64,000 nucleotides of DNA from Leptolyngbyaceae cyanobacterium (GTDB lineage: Bacteria > Cyanobacteriota > Cyanobacteriia > Phormidesmidales > Phormidesmidaceae): NCBI GenBank assembly GCA_050331235.1, contig JBHJHA010000008.1:20581-84580 (forward strand), read 5' to 3'. The notes beneath the pieces are model-generated. The model ran no database searches. It was not told the origin of the DNA and saw only the letters and a program-made list of their open reading frames with translations. Shown here piece after piece: positions 42,007 through 52,011 of this stretch; position 1 is the first letter of the stretch, and each line of letters starts with the position of its first letter. The position numbers and the translations under genes were made by a program.

Positions 42007-44295
42007 ATGGCAAAGTTTTCTTTTGGTCTCGTGCTATGTGTGGCCTATTTGGCTGGTTTGTTGCTGAGCCCGATCGCCGCTGTAGCCATATCTGAGACAT
42101 GGGCTATGCCCGGGGCGGGGCTCGTTGGCTGTATCTGTCTCATGCTTTGGGGAGTGATTGCCCCACGCAGGCTCCGGTTGGGCTGGAGATCGTGGCAATG
42201 GGGGTGTTTGGGCGTTGTTGTGTTACTCGCCGCAACTTACCTCATCGTCAGAACTCCCACAGCTGGGCCCCAGGATATTAGTCGGTTAGTCTCCCGCGCC
42301 CAGGCGATCGCCCCTGACCATGTCATTGTAGGGCGGTTAATTGAAGAGCCCCGGCTTAACCGAGAGGTCAAAAGTCGCTTTAGCGTAGCCGTTGAGCAAT
42401 TACAGGTGCTCGATGCCGTTGGTGAGATCACGTTTCAAACGCCAGCTCGAGGTCGCGTTTACATGACGGCGCCGTTGCTCCAGACGACTGGTTTACATCA
42501 GGGCTATGCCATCAAAGCCAAAGGTCGCCTCTATCTGCCGGCCCCGGCCACCAATCCCCATGGTTTTGATTTTCAAGCCTATCTCCGTCAGCGAGAGATC
42601 TTTGCCGGATTTGTCGCTGCAGAAATTCACTATCGAGAGCAGCCGTATGGGGGGCTGTGGCGCATCCGGCAGCGGATTGTGCGAGCACAGGTTAGGGCTC
42701 TGGGCAGTCCATTGGGACAGTTGGTGAGCGCGATGTCGCTAGGGCGCAGGGCCGTTGACTTGCCCAGTGATATTCAGGATTTGTTTGCGCGGGTGGGGCT
42801 GGCTCATACCGTGGCAGCGTCAGGATTTCACGTGACGCTGCTGTTGGGGACAGTGCTGGCGTTACTGCGATCGCAGCCTGGACGGACGCAGGGAATCGTT
42901 GGCGCTGCGGTGCTGCTTGGCTATGTCACATTAACTGGTATTCAACCCAGTGTGGTTCGTGCGGCCATGATGGGCAGTGCTAGCCTGGTTAGCCTGGCTA
43001 CCCAGCGCAAAGTAATTCCCAGTGGAGCGTTGATTGTTGCTGCGACTGTAATGTTGCTGGTTCATCCAATTTGGATTTGGGACATTGGTTTTCAGCTCAG
43101 CTTTGTCGCCACTTGGGGCTTAATCGTGACGGCTCCTAGAATTACCCAGTGGTTAGATTGGCTACCGACGACCCTGGCCTCGTTAGTTGCGGTCCCCATT
43201 GCGGCTACTGTCTGGACGTTGCCCATTACGCTGTTTCACTTTAATGTCTTCTCAAGTTTGAGCATTGGCCTCAATGTTATTACCGTGCCTTTGGTGACGG
43301 TCATTAGTTTGGGCGGCATTTGTAGCAGTGCGGTGACGCTGGTTGCTCCCTTTTTGGGAGAGCTGTTAGCTAACCTGCTCTATTATCCGGCTCAACTCTT
43401 GTTGACGTTGGCTCAGATTAGCAACAGCCTACCCGGTAGTTCCATCGCCATTGGCCAAATCCAGCTTTGGCAAGTGGCTGCGCTTTATGTAGTTCTTAGC
43501 TTGACCCTGCGATCAGCGCCGCAAATGCGTATGGGGCTCAAACCGTGGCTGGTGATCGCTTTTGTTGCTGTCATTATTGGCCCGATTGGTTGGCGCTGGT
43601 TTTATCAGGATCAAATTACTCTGCTCGCCGCAGGTGATGAACTGATTTTGGTGCAGCAGTATCGCGGACACACAACCGTGATCAACAGTGGTGATAGCAA
43701 AACTGCGTTTTACACTGTGATGCCCTTTTTGACCCAGGCAGGGGTGAATCAGATCGACGAGGCGATCGCTCTATCCTTGAATGCGGATACCGATTACCAA
43801 GCAGGCTGGCAAACCCTCGCCTCTCGGATTCCAACTCAGCATATGTATAACCGGGGGGGGACGAAGTTGGCAGGGCTTAGTAGCCAAAGACATGACTTGG
43901 AAGCTGGTGTGACGAGTAATTTGGCCCATCTCACGGTTCAACTCTTGGGGATCGAGCATCCCGTTGTGCGCCTCAGTCACCAAGAAAGTTGGCTCTTGCT
44001 GCCACCTTTATCTAAGGAGCTACAGCAATACTTGGCTGCTGCTGGATCTGTCCTGCAGAGCGATGTCCTCGTGATGTCTGGAGATGAACTCAGCCCAGAG
44101 TTGCTAGCCATGGTCAGTCCGCATACGATCATTTGCTATGGATATACTTTTCGAGCAGCGATCGAGCGTGATCTGCAGCAAGCCGGCATCCAGACCTTCT
44201 GGACTCACCGAGATGGAGCGGTTATTTGGTCGACAAACCAGGGATTTCACGGCTACGTAGAAACAAAACACCGAAATGTGATGCCATGGGGATAA
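42007..44295 (+). CDS. comEC: ComEC/Rec2 competence protein
   Basis: NPHGFDFQAYL, GLAHTVAASGFHV, PSVVRAAMM, DIGFQLSF. Confidence 0.92.
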   Translation: MAKFSFGLVLCVAYLAGLLLSPIAAVAISETWAMPGAGLVGCICLMLWGVIAPRRLRLGWRSWQWGCLGVVVLLAATYLIVRTPTAGPQDISRLVSRAQAIAPDHVIVGRLIEEPRLNREVKSRFSVAVEQLQVLDAVGEITFQTPARGRVYMTAPLLQTTGLHQGYAIKAKGRLYLPAPATNPHGFDFQAYLRQREIFAGFVAAEIHYREQPYGGLWRIRQRIVRAQVRALGSPLGQLVSAMSLGRRAVDLPSDIQDLFARVGLAHTVAASGFHVTLLLGTVLALLRSQPGRTQGIVGAAVLLGYVTLTGIQPSVVRAAMMGSASLVSLATQRKVIPSGALIVAATVMLLVHPIWIWDIGFQLSFVATWGLIVTAPRITQWLDWLPTTLASLVAVPIAATVWTLPITLFHFNVFSSLSIGLNVITVPLVTVISLGGICSSAVTLVAPFLGELLANLLYYPAQLLLTLAQISNSLPGSSIAIGQIQLWQVAALYVVLSLTLRSAPQMRMGLKPWLVIAFVAVIIGPIGWRWFYQDQITLLAAGDELILVQQYRGHTTVINSGDSKTAFYTVMPFLTQAGVNQIDEAIALSLNADTDYQAGWQTLASRIPTQHMYNRGGTKLAGLSSQRHDLEAGVTSNLAHLTVQLLGIEHPVVRLSHQESWLLLPPLSKELQQYLAAAGSVLQSDVLVMSGDELSPELLAMVSPHTIICYGYTFRAAIERDLQQAGIQTFWTHRDGAVIWSTNQGFHGYVETKHRNVMPWG

Positions 44296-44331
44296 TTACT
44301 TTTTCCATCAGAGGTTAAAATACACACACCT

Positions 44332-44418
44332 GGAGAGGTGGCAGAGTGGTCGAATGCGGCAGACTCGAAATCTGTTGATGGGTCAAACCATCCGAGGGTT
44401 CGAATCCCTCCCTCTCCG
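44332..44418 (+). tRNA. tRNA-Ser(CGA)
   Basis: GGAGAGG/CCTCTCC acceptor stem, anticodon arm GCAGA-CTCGAAA-TCTGT, long variable arm, GGTTCGAATCC T-loop; no encoded CCA. Confidence 0.95.
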
Positions 44419-44717
44419 TTCTAATTCCCATCCTGTAAAGTTTTCTGGGCTTCTGCGATCTGGATCAGCGCAGCGTGGTAACGCTTATCGAAGTTGAGGA
44501 CAAAAACAACGATCAGCCGTAAGTCCTGACCAATTAAGCTTTGGAACGCATGAAGTGAAGCTACCTGCCCAAGCGGCACAGCCCAGAAGAAAGTATCCCA
44601 TTGGTCCCCCTGAGAGGGTTTGAGCTGGGTTTGGGCTTTAGCGATCGCGGAATATTTGAACTTCCCGCAATTCTCGTAGATGTCATACTAGATGCTTCCC
44701 CCCCATTTTGCTTGCCC

Positions 44718-47078
44718 ATGACGGCTTCTACCGATTTCCTTGCCAAGCTCAACCCCTCTCAGCGCCGCGCCGTCGAGCACTTTTGCGGTCCTCTCCTGGT
44801 GGTAGCCGGAGCCGGCTCCGGCAAGCCCCGGGCCCTTACCTTTCGCATCGCTAATTTGGTGCTCAACCATCGCGTTGATCCGGAAAATATTCTGGCGGTG
44901 ACCTTTACCAATAAAGCCGCTAAAGAGATGAAAGAGCGGATTGAGGTGCTGTTTGCGGAGCAGGAAGCCGAGGCCAAACATGGCAAACGGCTGTCAGCCT
45001 TGCCGGAGTATGAGCAGACTAAGCTCAAATCCCATGTTTATAAAAATGTCACCAAGTATCTGTGGATTGGCACTTTTCACGCATTGTGCTCTCGCATTTT
45101 GCGCTTTGATATTGAAAAGTACCAACATCCCAACGGCTACACCTGGAAAAAGACCTTCTCGATTTTCGACGAGTCAGATGCTCAGAGCTTGGTCAAAACC
45201 ATCGTTACCAAAGAGCTCAATCTGGACGATAAAAAATTCAATCCCCGTTCTGTACGCTATGCCATCAGCAACGCGAAGAACCAGAACTTGACCCCTGATG
45301 AGTTTGAACAAGAGCAATCGAATTACCGAGGACGGACGATCGCCGACGTCTATCGCCGCTACGAAAAAGCCCTAGCAGAAAATAACAGCCTTGATTTTGA
45401 CGACCTCATTTTGATCCCTGTCAAGCTATTCCAGCAAAATGAATCGGTGCTGGGCTACTGGCACAATCGCTTCCGCCATATCTTGGTGGATGAGTACCAA
45501 GACACCAACCGCACTCAGTACGACCTGATTCGCCTCCTCACCACCAACGGCGAAGACATCCAAAAATTTAACGACTGGCGCAACCGTTCTACCTTTGTCG
45601 TGGGCGATGCCGACCAGAGCATCTATTCTTTCCGGGCGGCCGACTTCACCATTTTGATGAATTTCCAAGATGACTTTGGGGATGGCTTAGCGGACGATGA
45701 CACCCGCACCATGGTCAAGCTGGAAGAAAACTATCGCTCGACCTCCAATATTTTGGAAGTGGCGAATCACATTATTGAAAACAACACTGAGCGCATTGAT
45801 AAGATTCTGCGGGCCACGCGGGGCGAAGGGGAAACCATCTACTGCTACAAGGCCGATGATGAGATCCACGAAGCAGATTTTGTGGTGGGCCAGATTCGCA
45901 ATTTGGAATATCAGCATCCGGAGCTCAAGTGGAGCGACTTTGCCATTCTCTACCGCACTAACGCCCAGTCCCGTGCCTTTGAGGAGGTGCTGACGCGCTA
46001 TAGCATTCCTTATCAGGTGGTGGGCGGCCTGCGATTTTATGATCGCCGCGAAATTAAAGACGTGCTGGCCTACCTGCGCACCATTGCCAACCCCGCCGAC
46101 ACCGTCAGCATCAAGCGGGTGATCAACGTGCCCCGGCGCGGCGTGGGCAAAAGCACCCTTGATAAGCTCGACCAAGCCACCCAAACCCTGGGCAACATTC
46201 CCCTGTGGGAAATTCTCAGCGATGATACGTCTGTCAAAACTTTGGCTGGGCGATCGGCTAAGGGCGTCCTGCAGTTTGCCGAGCTCATCAAGAAGTATCG
46301 CGATCGCCTCGACAATGCCAAAGGCTCTGAAATCATTCAAGACTTGCTCGAAGATTCTGGCTATTTAGAAGCGCTGAAGTCAGATGATACGGACGAAGGT
46401 CGCGAGCGCTTTGCCAACGTGCAGGAGCTATACAATGCCGTTCTGCAGTTCGAAGAAGAAAATGAAGACAATTCCCTAATTGGGTTCCTTGCCAATGCGT
46501 CACTAGCGTCTGATTTGGACGATGCCAATGAGGGCAAAAATGTAGTCTCATTGATGACGCTGCACTCGTCTAAGGGATTGGAGTTTCCGGTGGTGTTCCT
46601 CGTCGGCTTGGAGCAAGGCCTCTTCCCCAACTTCCGCTCACTGGAAGATCCTGCCGCCACGGAAGAAGAACGCCGCCTCTGCTACGTCGGCATCACCCGC
46701 GCCAAAGAACGCCTCTTTATCTCTTACGCGCGGGAACGTCGCCTCTATGGCCACCGCGAGCCAGCCAGTCCATCTCTCTTTCTCGGTGAGCTGCCCACCG
46801 ACTACATCACGACCAACGCCGGACTGGGGCTACCCCAGCGCATGACAACCCCCATCCGCGATGCCCGCAAACAAAAGGAGATCGCCGCCAAGCCCGGCAG
46901 CGGGGCACATGAATTTGACTGGAATGCCGGTGACGTGGTCGTGCATCCCTCCTACGGTGCGGGGGAAGTGACCCATATCTTTGGCGCCGGCAACAAGATC
47001 TGCCTGGCGGTGAAGTTCCCCGGTCAGGGCCGCAAAATCATTGACCCGAAGTTGACGAAGTTGCAAAAGGCAGAGTGA
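44718..47078 (+). CDS. pcrA: PcrA/UvrD DNA helicase
   Basis: AGAGSGK, VTFTNKAAKEM, LVDEYQDTN, VGDADQSIY, LYRTNAQSR, TLHSSKGLEF, EERRLCYVGITRA. Confidence 0.95.
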   Translation: MTASTDFLAKLNPSQRRAVEHFCGPLLVVAGAGSGKPRALTFRIANLVLNHRVDPENILAVTFTNKAAKEMKERIEVLFAEQEAEAKHGKRLSALPEYEQTKLKSHVYKNVTKYLWIGTFHALCSRILRFDIEKYQHPNGYTWKKTFSIFDESDAQSLVKTIVTKELNLDDKKFNPRSVRYAISNAKNQNLTPDEFEQEQSNYRGRTIADVYRRYEKALAENNSLDFDDLILIPVKLFQQNESVLGYWHNRFRHILVDEYQDTNRTQYDLIRLLTTNGEDIQKFNDWRNRSTFVVGDADQSIYSFRAADFTILMNFQDDFGDGLADDDTRTMVKLEENYRSTSNILEVANHIIENNTERIDKILRATRGEGETIYCYKADDEIHEADFVVGQIRNLEYQHPELKWSDFAILYRTNAQSRAFEEVLTRYSIPYQVVGGLRFYDRREIKDVLAYLRTIANPADTVSIKRVINVPRRGVGKSTLDKLDQATQTLGNIPLWEILSDDTSVKTLAGRSAKGVLQFAELIKKYRDRLDNAKGSEIIQDLLEDSGYLEALKSDDTDEGRERFANVQELYNAVLQFEEENEDNSLIGFLANASLASDLDDANEGKNVVSLMTLHSSKGLEFPVVFLVGLEQGLFPNFRSLEDPAATEEERRLCYVGITRAKERLFISYARERRLYGHREPASPSLFLGELPTDYITTNAGLGLPQRMTTPIRDARKQKEIAAKPGSGAHEFDWNAGDVVVHPSYGAGEVTHIFGAGNKICLAVKFPGQGRKIIDPKLTKLQKAE

Positions 47079-47139
47079 CCAAAGGTGCGATCGCTATGAT
47101 TGAGTAAGCGTTTTCCATCGGAGAGGCTGAGCTAAAACG

Positions 47140-47712
47140 ATGACTGCTCTCACGCTGAATTTGCATCCTGTCGTTCAGTTGACGGAGGCCGCTTTTAAGA
47201 CGCTCTGCGCCTCAAACCCAGAAGCCAAATTAGAACGCACCGCCACGGGAGAGCTAGTCGTCATATCACCAACGGGCGGGGAAACCGGACGTCGCAATCT
47301 AAATATCTCTATGCAGTTGGGACTGTGGAATGAGCAAACAAGATTAGGCGTCGCGTTTGACTCTAGTACGATGTTTCAACTACCGAACGGGGCGTTTCGT
47401 TCGCCTGATGCCGCTTGGGTCGAACTGTCACGTTGGCAAGCTCTCACCCCCGAAGAACGGGAGGGCTTTTGTCCCCTGTGTCCTGATTTTGTGATTGAAC
47501 TCCGCTCTCCCAGCGACTCCCTCAACCCCCTTCGCGACAAGATGGCCGAGTACATCGACAATGGCACTCAACTCGGCTGGCTCATCGATCCCAAAACTAA
47601 GCAAGTCGAGATTTATTGTTCACGCACCTCTCCCGAAACTTTAAATGCGCCTCAGGTAATTGCCAGTGAGCTTGTCTTAAAAGACTTTCAGCTCAACCTG
47701 AATTCTATTTGA
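47140..47712 (+). CDS. Uma2 (DUF820) family endonuclease-like protein
   Basis: LERTATGEL, FDSST, RSPDAAWV, PDFVIELRSPSD, LGWLIDP. Confidence 0.92.
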   Translation: MTALTLNLHPVVQLTEAAFKTLCASNPEAKLERTATGELVVISPTGGETGRRNLNISMQLGLWNEQTRLGVAFDSSTMFQLPNGAFRSPDAAWVELSRWQALTPEEREGFCPLCPDFVIELRSPSDSLNPLRDKMAEYIDNGTQLGWLIDPKTKQVEIYCSRTSPETLNAPQVIASELVLKDFQLNLNSI

Positions 47713-47713
47713 C

Positions 47714-49103
47714 TTAACTGCCTGAGTTCTGGCCCCAAGGCACCAGCTCTATTTCAACTCCATATTGTCGCTTTATTCTATTGGCATATATACCTTCATA
47801 TTCAAAGAGTCTGAGTAAAAGAAGTTCCAAACTCCAAACGCACAGTTTCCAAACATCAATTTTGAAATCACGAGATAATGAGAGAAAAAGCTCTCTGTTT
47901 TCCTTGTCAGGATGAGTGATTATGTTGCGATATTTCACCATAGATTGTGAAGCATCTGACCTTTTTTGCTGGCTTGAAGTACATCTTAAATTATGTAATT
48001 CCATCGGGATACTTGGGGGAATTTCAGCTCATAGAAACAGTTCCCGAATTTTGTTTGATGCAGACAAGGCACTATATTTTGTTTTACTTAAAAGAGCATA
48101 GTTTTCGACTAGAATTGCCGACGCCAATAATTCAAGTGCCACTTGTGCCAGTACGACGGATCCTTCAATTGAACTAACACTTGAATTAGCATCAACATAC
48201 CTATAGATTGCAAGTTGTATAACCTCTTTCCAGTTTTCATCTAGCCATAGCTTCATGAAGCCTTGAAATGGTTCTTCGAATATATGTCTACGACTTCCCC
48301 ACCCTAGCCATGAGGCGTCTTTACGAAAGGGATCTATCCGATAAAAATCCCACATTTGCCAGACAGGATTGTCGTTCTGATCGAAACCAAATGGTAAGCA
48401 CGGACCAGTCCATCGACCAACTGAGAAGGAGCAATACCAACATATCGCATCCAAAATTGAAAGAGCCTCATCAGAAGTGAAAAAACCTCCATCTTCTTTC
48501 TCTATCTTTCCAATATGAGTAACTCCAAAACCAGACTTCTCTTCTAGAAGACTAAAGATATTTTTGGAATTCCTAACTGCATCAATCGTGATTTTCCAGC
48601 CATTAGAAAGTTGCAAGATGATTCGAGAGCTAGAACTTCCATCTGCAAAACAAACAGGCTTTCCAACGACACATTGAAAGTTAGGAAGAAGAAATTTAAC
48701 GTATTTCAACAAATCGCCGGCTGAGTGAATTATTCGTTCGCCAATTACACCTGAAAGACGTGCCGAATCGCCTTGCGTACTACGACTTATACTTCGATTC
48801 GTGATTATTCCTCGTTCGATTTTAGTGCCATCATTAAGTCGTAAGGATATGTCTTCGCGACCATTCAGCTTCTGAACTTCGGTACTTGGAGGATTGTTAG
48901 TGGTAAATCGTACTTGTGGTGAAGGCGACCATATAAACTCGATCAGGGTATTTCACACTGAATGAGTTTTCATTTTGACAAAAAACGGTTTCCCCAGAGT
49001 AGAGATGTATTGGATCTTCTGAAGAGCCAAAAGAAATATACTTAGGAAGAGGAATCTCACCGTTAGGAAATTCATTAGATGATGGAGTCCTGAAGTGGTT
49101 CAT
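47714..49103 (-). pseudogene. Disrupted AT-rich gene with C-terminal HEPN-like RxxxxH motif (ApeA/YopA-like)
   Basis: Three track ORFs join into one reading frame via a 1-nt frameshift near 48950 and an in-frame TGA at 48029-48031; RNIITH near the C-terminus. Confidence 0.75.
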
Positions 49104-49228
49104 TTCTGAACGTTCATATTATTTTTGTTCTGTTCATTCTAGTTGTGCAATAGCTCTTCAGTGATAATGAATTCCTGAGAGAAGAGCGAGATTGCTACAA
49201 AGTCACTGGAATCGGCCCGGAAGCCATC

Positions 49229-49840
49229 ATGTTAGAAGCACAGACTCAACCGCTTACCTTTGAAGAATTCCTGGCGACCTATCCAGAGGATGGCGGCATT
49301 TATGAGCTGATCAATGGAGAAGTCGTTGCGGTTGAGTCGACCGGAAAGCATGAAGAAGTAGTCGCGTTCCTGGTAGCAGAATTCAACTTTGAAATTCGTC
49401 GGTTGGGTTCGCCTTATGTGTTGCTCCGCACGTGTACCCTCAAACCGGCAGCTCCCAACACTGGCTACAAGCCCGACATCACCGTGTTGAACAAAGCTGC
49501 CTTATCAGAAGAGCCTCGGTGGGAGGCCGCTTCCACAATTTTGCGCGGACGGTCGGTGCCGCTAGCAGTGGAAGTTGTGAGTACCAATTGGCGTGATGAC
49601 TACGATCATAAACGGGCCGACTACGAAGCAATGGGCATTCCAGAATATTGGATTGTGGATTATTTGGGACTAGGGGGACGGCGATATGTGGGAATGCCCA
49701 AGCAGCCCACCGTTACGGTCTGTCAATGGGTGGATGGCGAATATCAGATGCAGCAGTTTCGTCGCGGCGATCGCCTCCTTTCCCCAACCTTTCCAGAATT
49801 ATCGCTTGAGGTCAGCCAGATTTTTGAGGCGGATGCTTGA
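49229..49840 (+). CDS. Uma2 (DUF820) family endonuclease-like protein
   Basis: LTFEEFL, YELINGEV, YKPD, VEVVSTNWRDDY, GIPEYWIVD. Confidence 0.92.
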   Translation: MLEAQTQPLTFEEFLATYPEDGGIYELINGEVVAVESTGKHEEVVAFLVAEFNFEIRRLGSPYVLLRTCTLKPAAPNTGYKPDITVLNKAALSEEPRWEAASTILRGRSVPLAVEVVSTNWRDDYDHKRADYEAMGIPEYWIVDYLGLGGRRYVGMPKQPTVTVCQWVDGEYQMQQFRRGDRLLSPTFPELSLEVSQIFEADA

Positions 49841-50600
49841 TGGCGACCAGTGCGTGAGGGCGCGATCGCCCGTCAGGAGTTGCTGGTTTTGGGGACCGAA
49901 GTGGGAACTGCGATCGCCCGTCTCAAGTATTTGCTTGGGAACGATGTTGCAAGCAACATGGATGCCAAAGTCATCCTTAATTAAGCACGCGCCATCAATA
50001 TCTTCATTAGCCAACTTTGCTTGATAAGCCCGTTTAGCGAGGTCAGAGTAGATATCGGGGTTCGGTATCAGAGAATACGCCTCAACCGGCTATTTGCGGG
50101 CAGATCTCTGCCCATATTGGGGCTGAAAAGTACCATCAGCCTACTTTCCTTAAAGGCTAAGTTCATCGAAATTTCATGGTTATGCGGAAACCACTGAGAC
50201 ATGAGAACGCTAAAGATTACAGGATATTACGGAAGTCGGTAGTCCCATCGGCGTGTGAAATTTGCATAAAGGAAAATTGCAGAATCTGCTTGCAATATTC
50301 ATGGATCTTACGGGACGCTTTGCAGGGGCCTCTCAGAGATCTTCATGATGACAGACTCAATTTCCCTATGCTCTGATGGTGCATGTCTACCGAAACTAGA
50401 TTGAGCTCTAAATCAAACCGCAAAAAAGCAATCACTGATTCATATTGGCTTTACGAAATTTTGACTTTCCCTGGTTTTCAGGCGGTCAATTTTTTGAGTC
50501 TTTTTGGTTCTCTAAATCAGTGCATCAGCTTTAGAAGAGGCGAGTTTTCTACAGGCGATCTGATTGAGTCGAAATCTGAAAACACCTTCAGGGAAAATAA

Positions 50601-51638
50601 ATGAAAACGCTTTTTATGACTGCGATGGCGGCCACTTTAGGCTGGTCAGGCGCACTTTCGGCCGAGGCCGCAACCTTTAGCCAACTAGACACAGATCTTA
50701 GTAGTATTGTCAAATTTACCCCAGCGACTTCAGAAGCTGACCTGATTTCGCGGGGTGCTACTAGTGTGACCATAGGAGCCACCACAATCTATATCGGTAC
50801 CGACCAAGTTTCGCCGATTAATCAAGATCCCCTCATTACCAGCTTTACCAATGGGGTCCGAAACTGGGTACGTTATTATGATCGCTCCGGGGTTGATGCC
50901 AAGGGCTTGGGGCTGCTCTGGGACGAAGACTCCGCAAATCTTTATGGGGTGTTTACTGCGGATGGCGGTTCCCAGGGAGCTGATACGTTTGGCTCTGTGA
51001 CGCAAGGTGGATGGCTGCCCAGTTATGGGTTTGGGGGCGGTCCCACAGCCAGCGTCTTGCTGAAATTAGACCCCAATAGCGGAGCTGTGGAAACGGGCAC
51101 TTATGTCTATGCTCAGCTACCTGAGCCAAATCAGAACACGAACTCCGTCATTCCCACTGGCATTGATTTTGTGAATGGGGACTTTGTTTTCTTTGGCAAC
51201 TCTTTCTTCACACCGCTGGATGTAAATGGCGATCGCCTCGAGAACCGGACACCGGGACTGGGCAGTCCATTTCCCTATCGGCTTGTCCTGTCGGCTGACT
51301 TGACCACCGCCAAAAGTGCAGAAGCCATCGGTTGGGACGGGGTGACTGAGTTTAGCCCGCTAACCACCGAGACCGGCGATGGGACTAATGACTCCGACAC
51401 CGGCGATGGGACAACCGGGGAAGACGCAACTAATGGCGAAACCACCGGCGACAATGGCTCCGCAGGGGATTCCGAAGACAACAACAATACTCCGAACACT
51501 GGCGGCATTGTCGATGATATTGGTGATGGCGCCGCCGGCGAAACGGTCCCTGAGCCAGGCGTGTTGGCTGGTTTACTGATGGCCTGCGCTGGCATGGCGA
51601 GACTCAAAAAGTCCGATAGCACTCACTCAGCAACGTAG
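50601..51638 (+). CDS. PEP-CTERM surface protein with acidic Gly/Thr/Asp linker
   Basis: Signal peptide ending AEA-A; C-terminal VPEPG + TM helix + RLKK. Confidence 0.85.
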   Translation: MKTLFMTAMAATLGWSGALSAEAATFSQLDTDLSSIVKFTPATSEADLISRGATSVTIGATTIYIGTDQVSPINQDPLITSFTNGVRNWVRYYDRSGVDAKGLGLLWDEDSANLYGVFTADGGSQGADTFGSVTQGGWLPSYGFGGGPTASVLLKLDPNSGAVETGTYVYAQLPEPNQNTNSVIPTGIDFVNGDFVFFGNSFFTPLDVNGDRLENRTPGLGSPFPYRLVLSADLTTAKSAEAIGWDGVTEFSPLTTETGDGTNDSDTGDGTTGEDATNGETTGDNGSAGDSEDNNNTPNTGGIVDDIGDGAAGETVPEPGVLAGLLMACAGMARLKKSDSTHSAT

Positions 51639-51714
51639 TAATCACGCGATCCTGACTGCTTGACAGCGGCTGGCAGCTCTAGCAGGGCTGCCAGCTTTTT
51701 GATTGCTGCATCGC

Positions 51715-51897
51715 TCAGTGGCGTTTGCGGGCTTTCCAAGTGCCACCGTACCCGTAGTGGGGATTATTTTCTCGGATGAGCGGCCAGCAGCGATCGCACA
51801 CAAACTGCCATGTTTTCGTTGCATCGGTCTGGACTCGATAGAGCGTGCTGGCAGTCCGTTGACAGCGATCGCACGCTTTTTGTCGCAAGCGTCCCAT
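51715..51897 (-). CDS. Small zinc-ribbon-like protein
   Basis: CDRC...LYRV...WQFVCDRCW...YGGTWKARK, 60 aa. Confidence 0.7.
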   Translation of the reverse strand: MGRLRQKACDRCQRTASTLYRVQTDATKTWQFVCDRCWPLIRENNPHYGYGGTWKARKRH

Positions 51898-52011
51898 AAT
51901 TCTCGGCGTGATTAGTTGGCTTTGGCCAATAGGTCGTCTTTATTAGCGTCTCAACACTATCAATAAGTGGCAAATGAGCCGACTAGGAGGGCCTGACCGC
52001 GAGGCCTGGGC

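Noticed and set aside
43600..44295. ComEC C-terminal domain lacking the HxHxDH metallo-beta-lactamase motif
   Set aside because: Degenerate C-terminal domains are, to my knowledge, common in cyanobacterial ComEC; the frame is intact
45687..46340. Long antisense ORFs inside pcrA (and similar ones inside lnt, the WD40 gene and the CPBP gene)
   Set aside because: Shadow frames expected from codon bias of the real genes on the opposite strand
44332..50100. tRNA-Ser as attachment site of an integrated element
   Set aside because: No integrase, and I found no duplicate of the tRNA 3' end in the window
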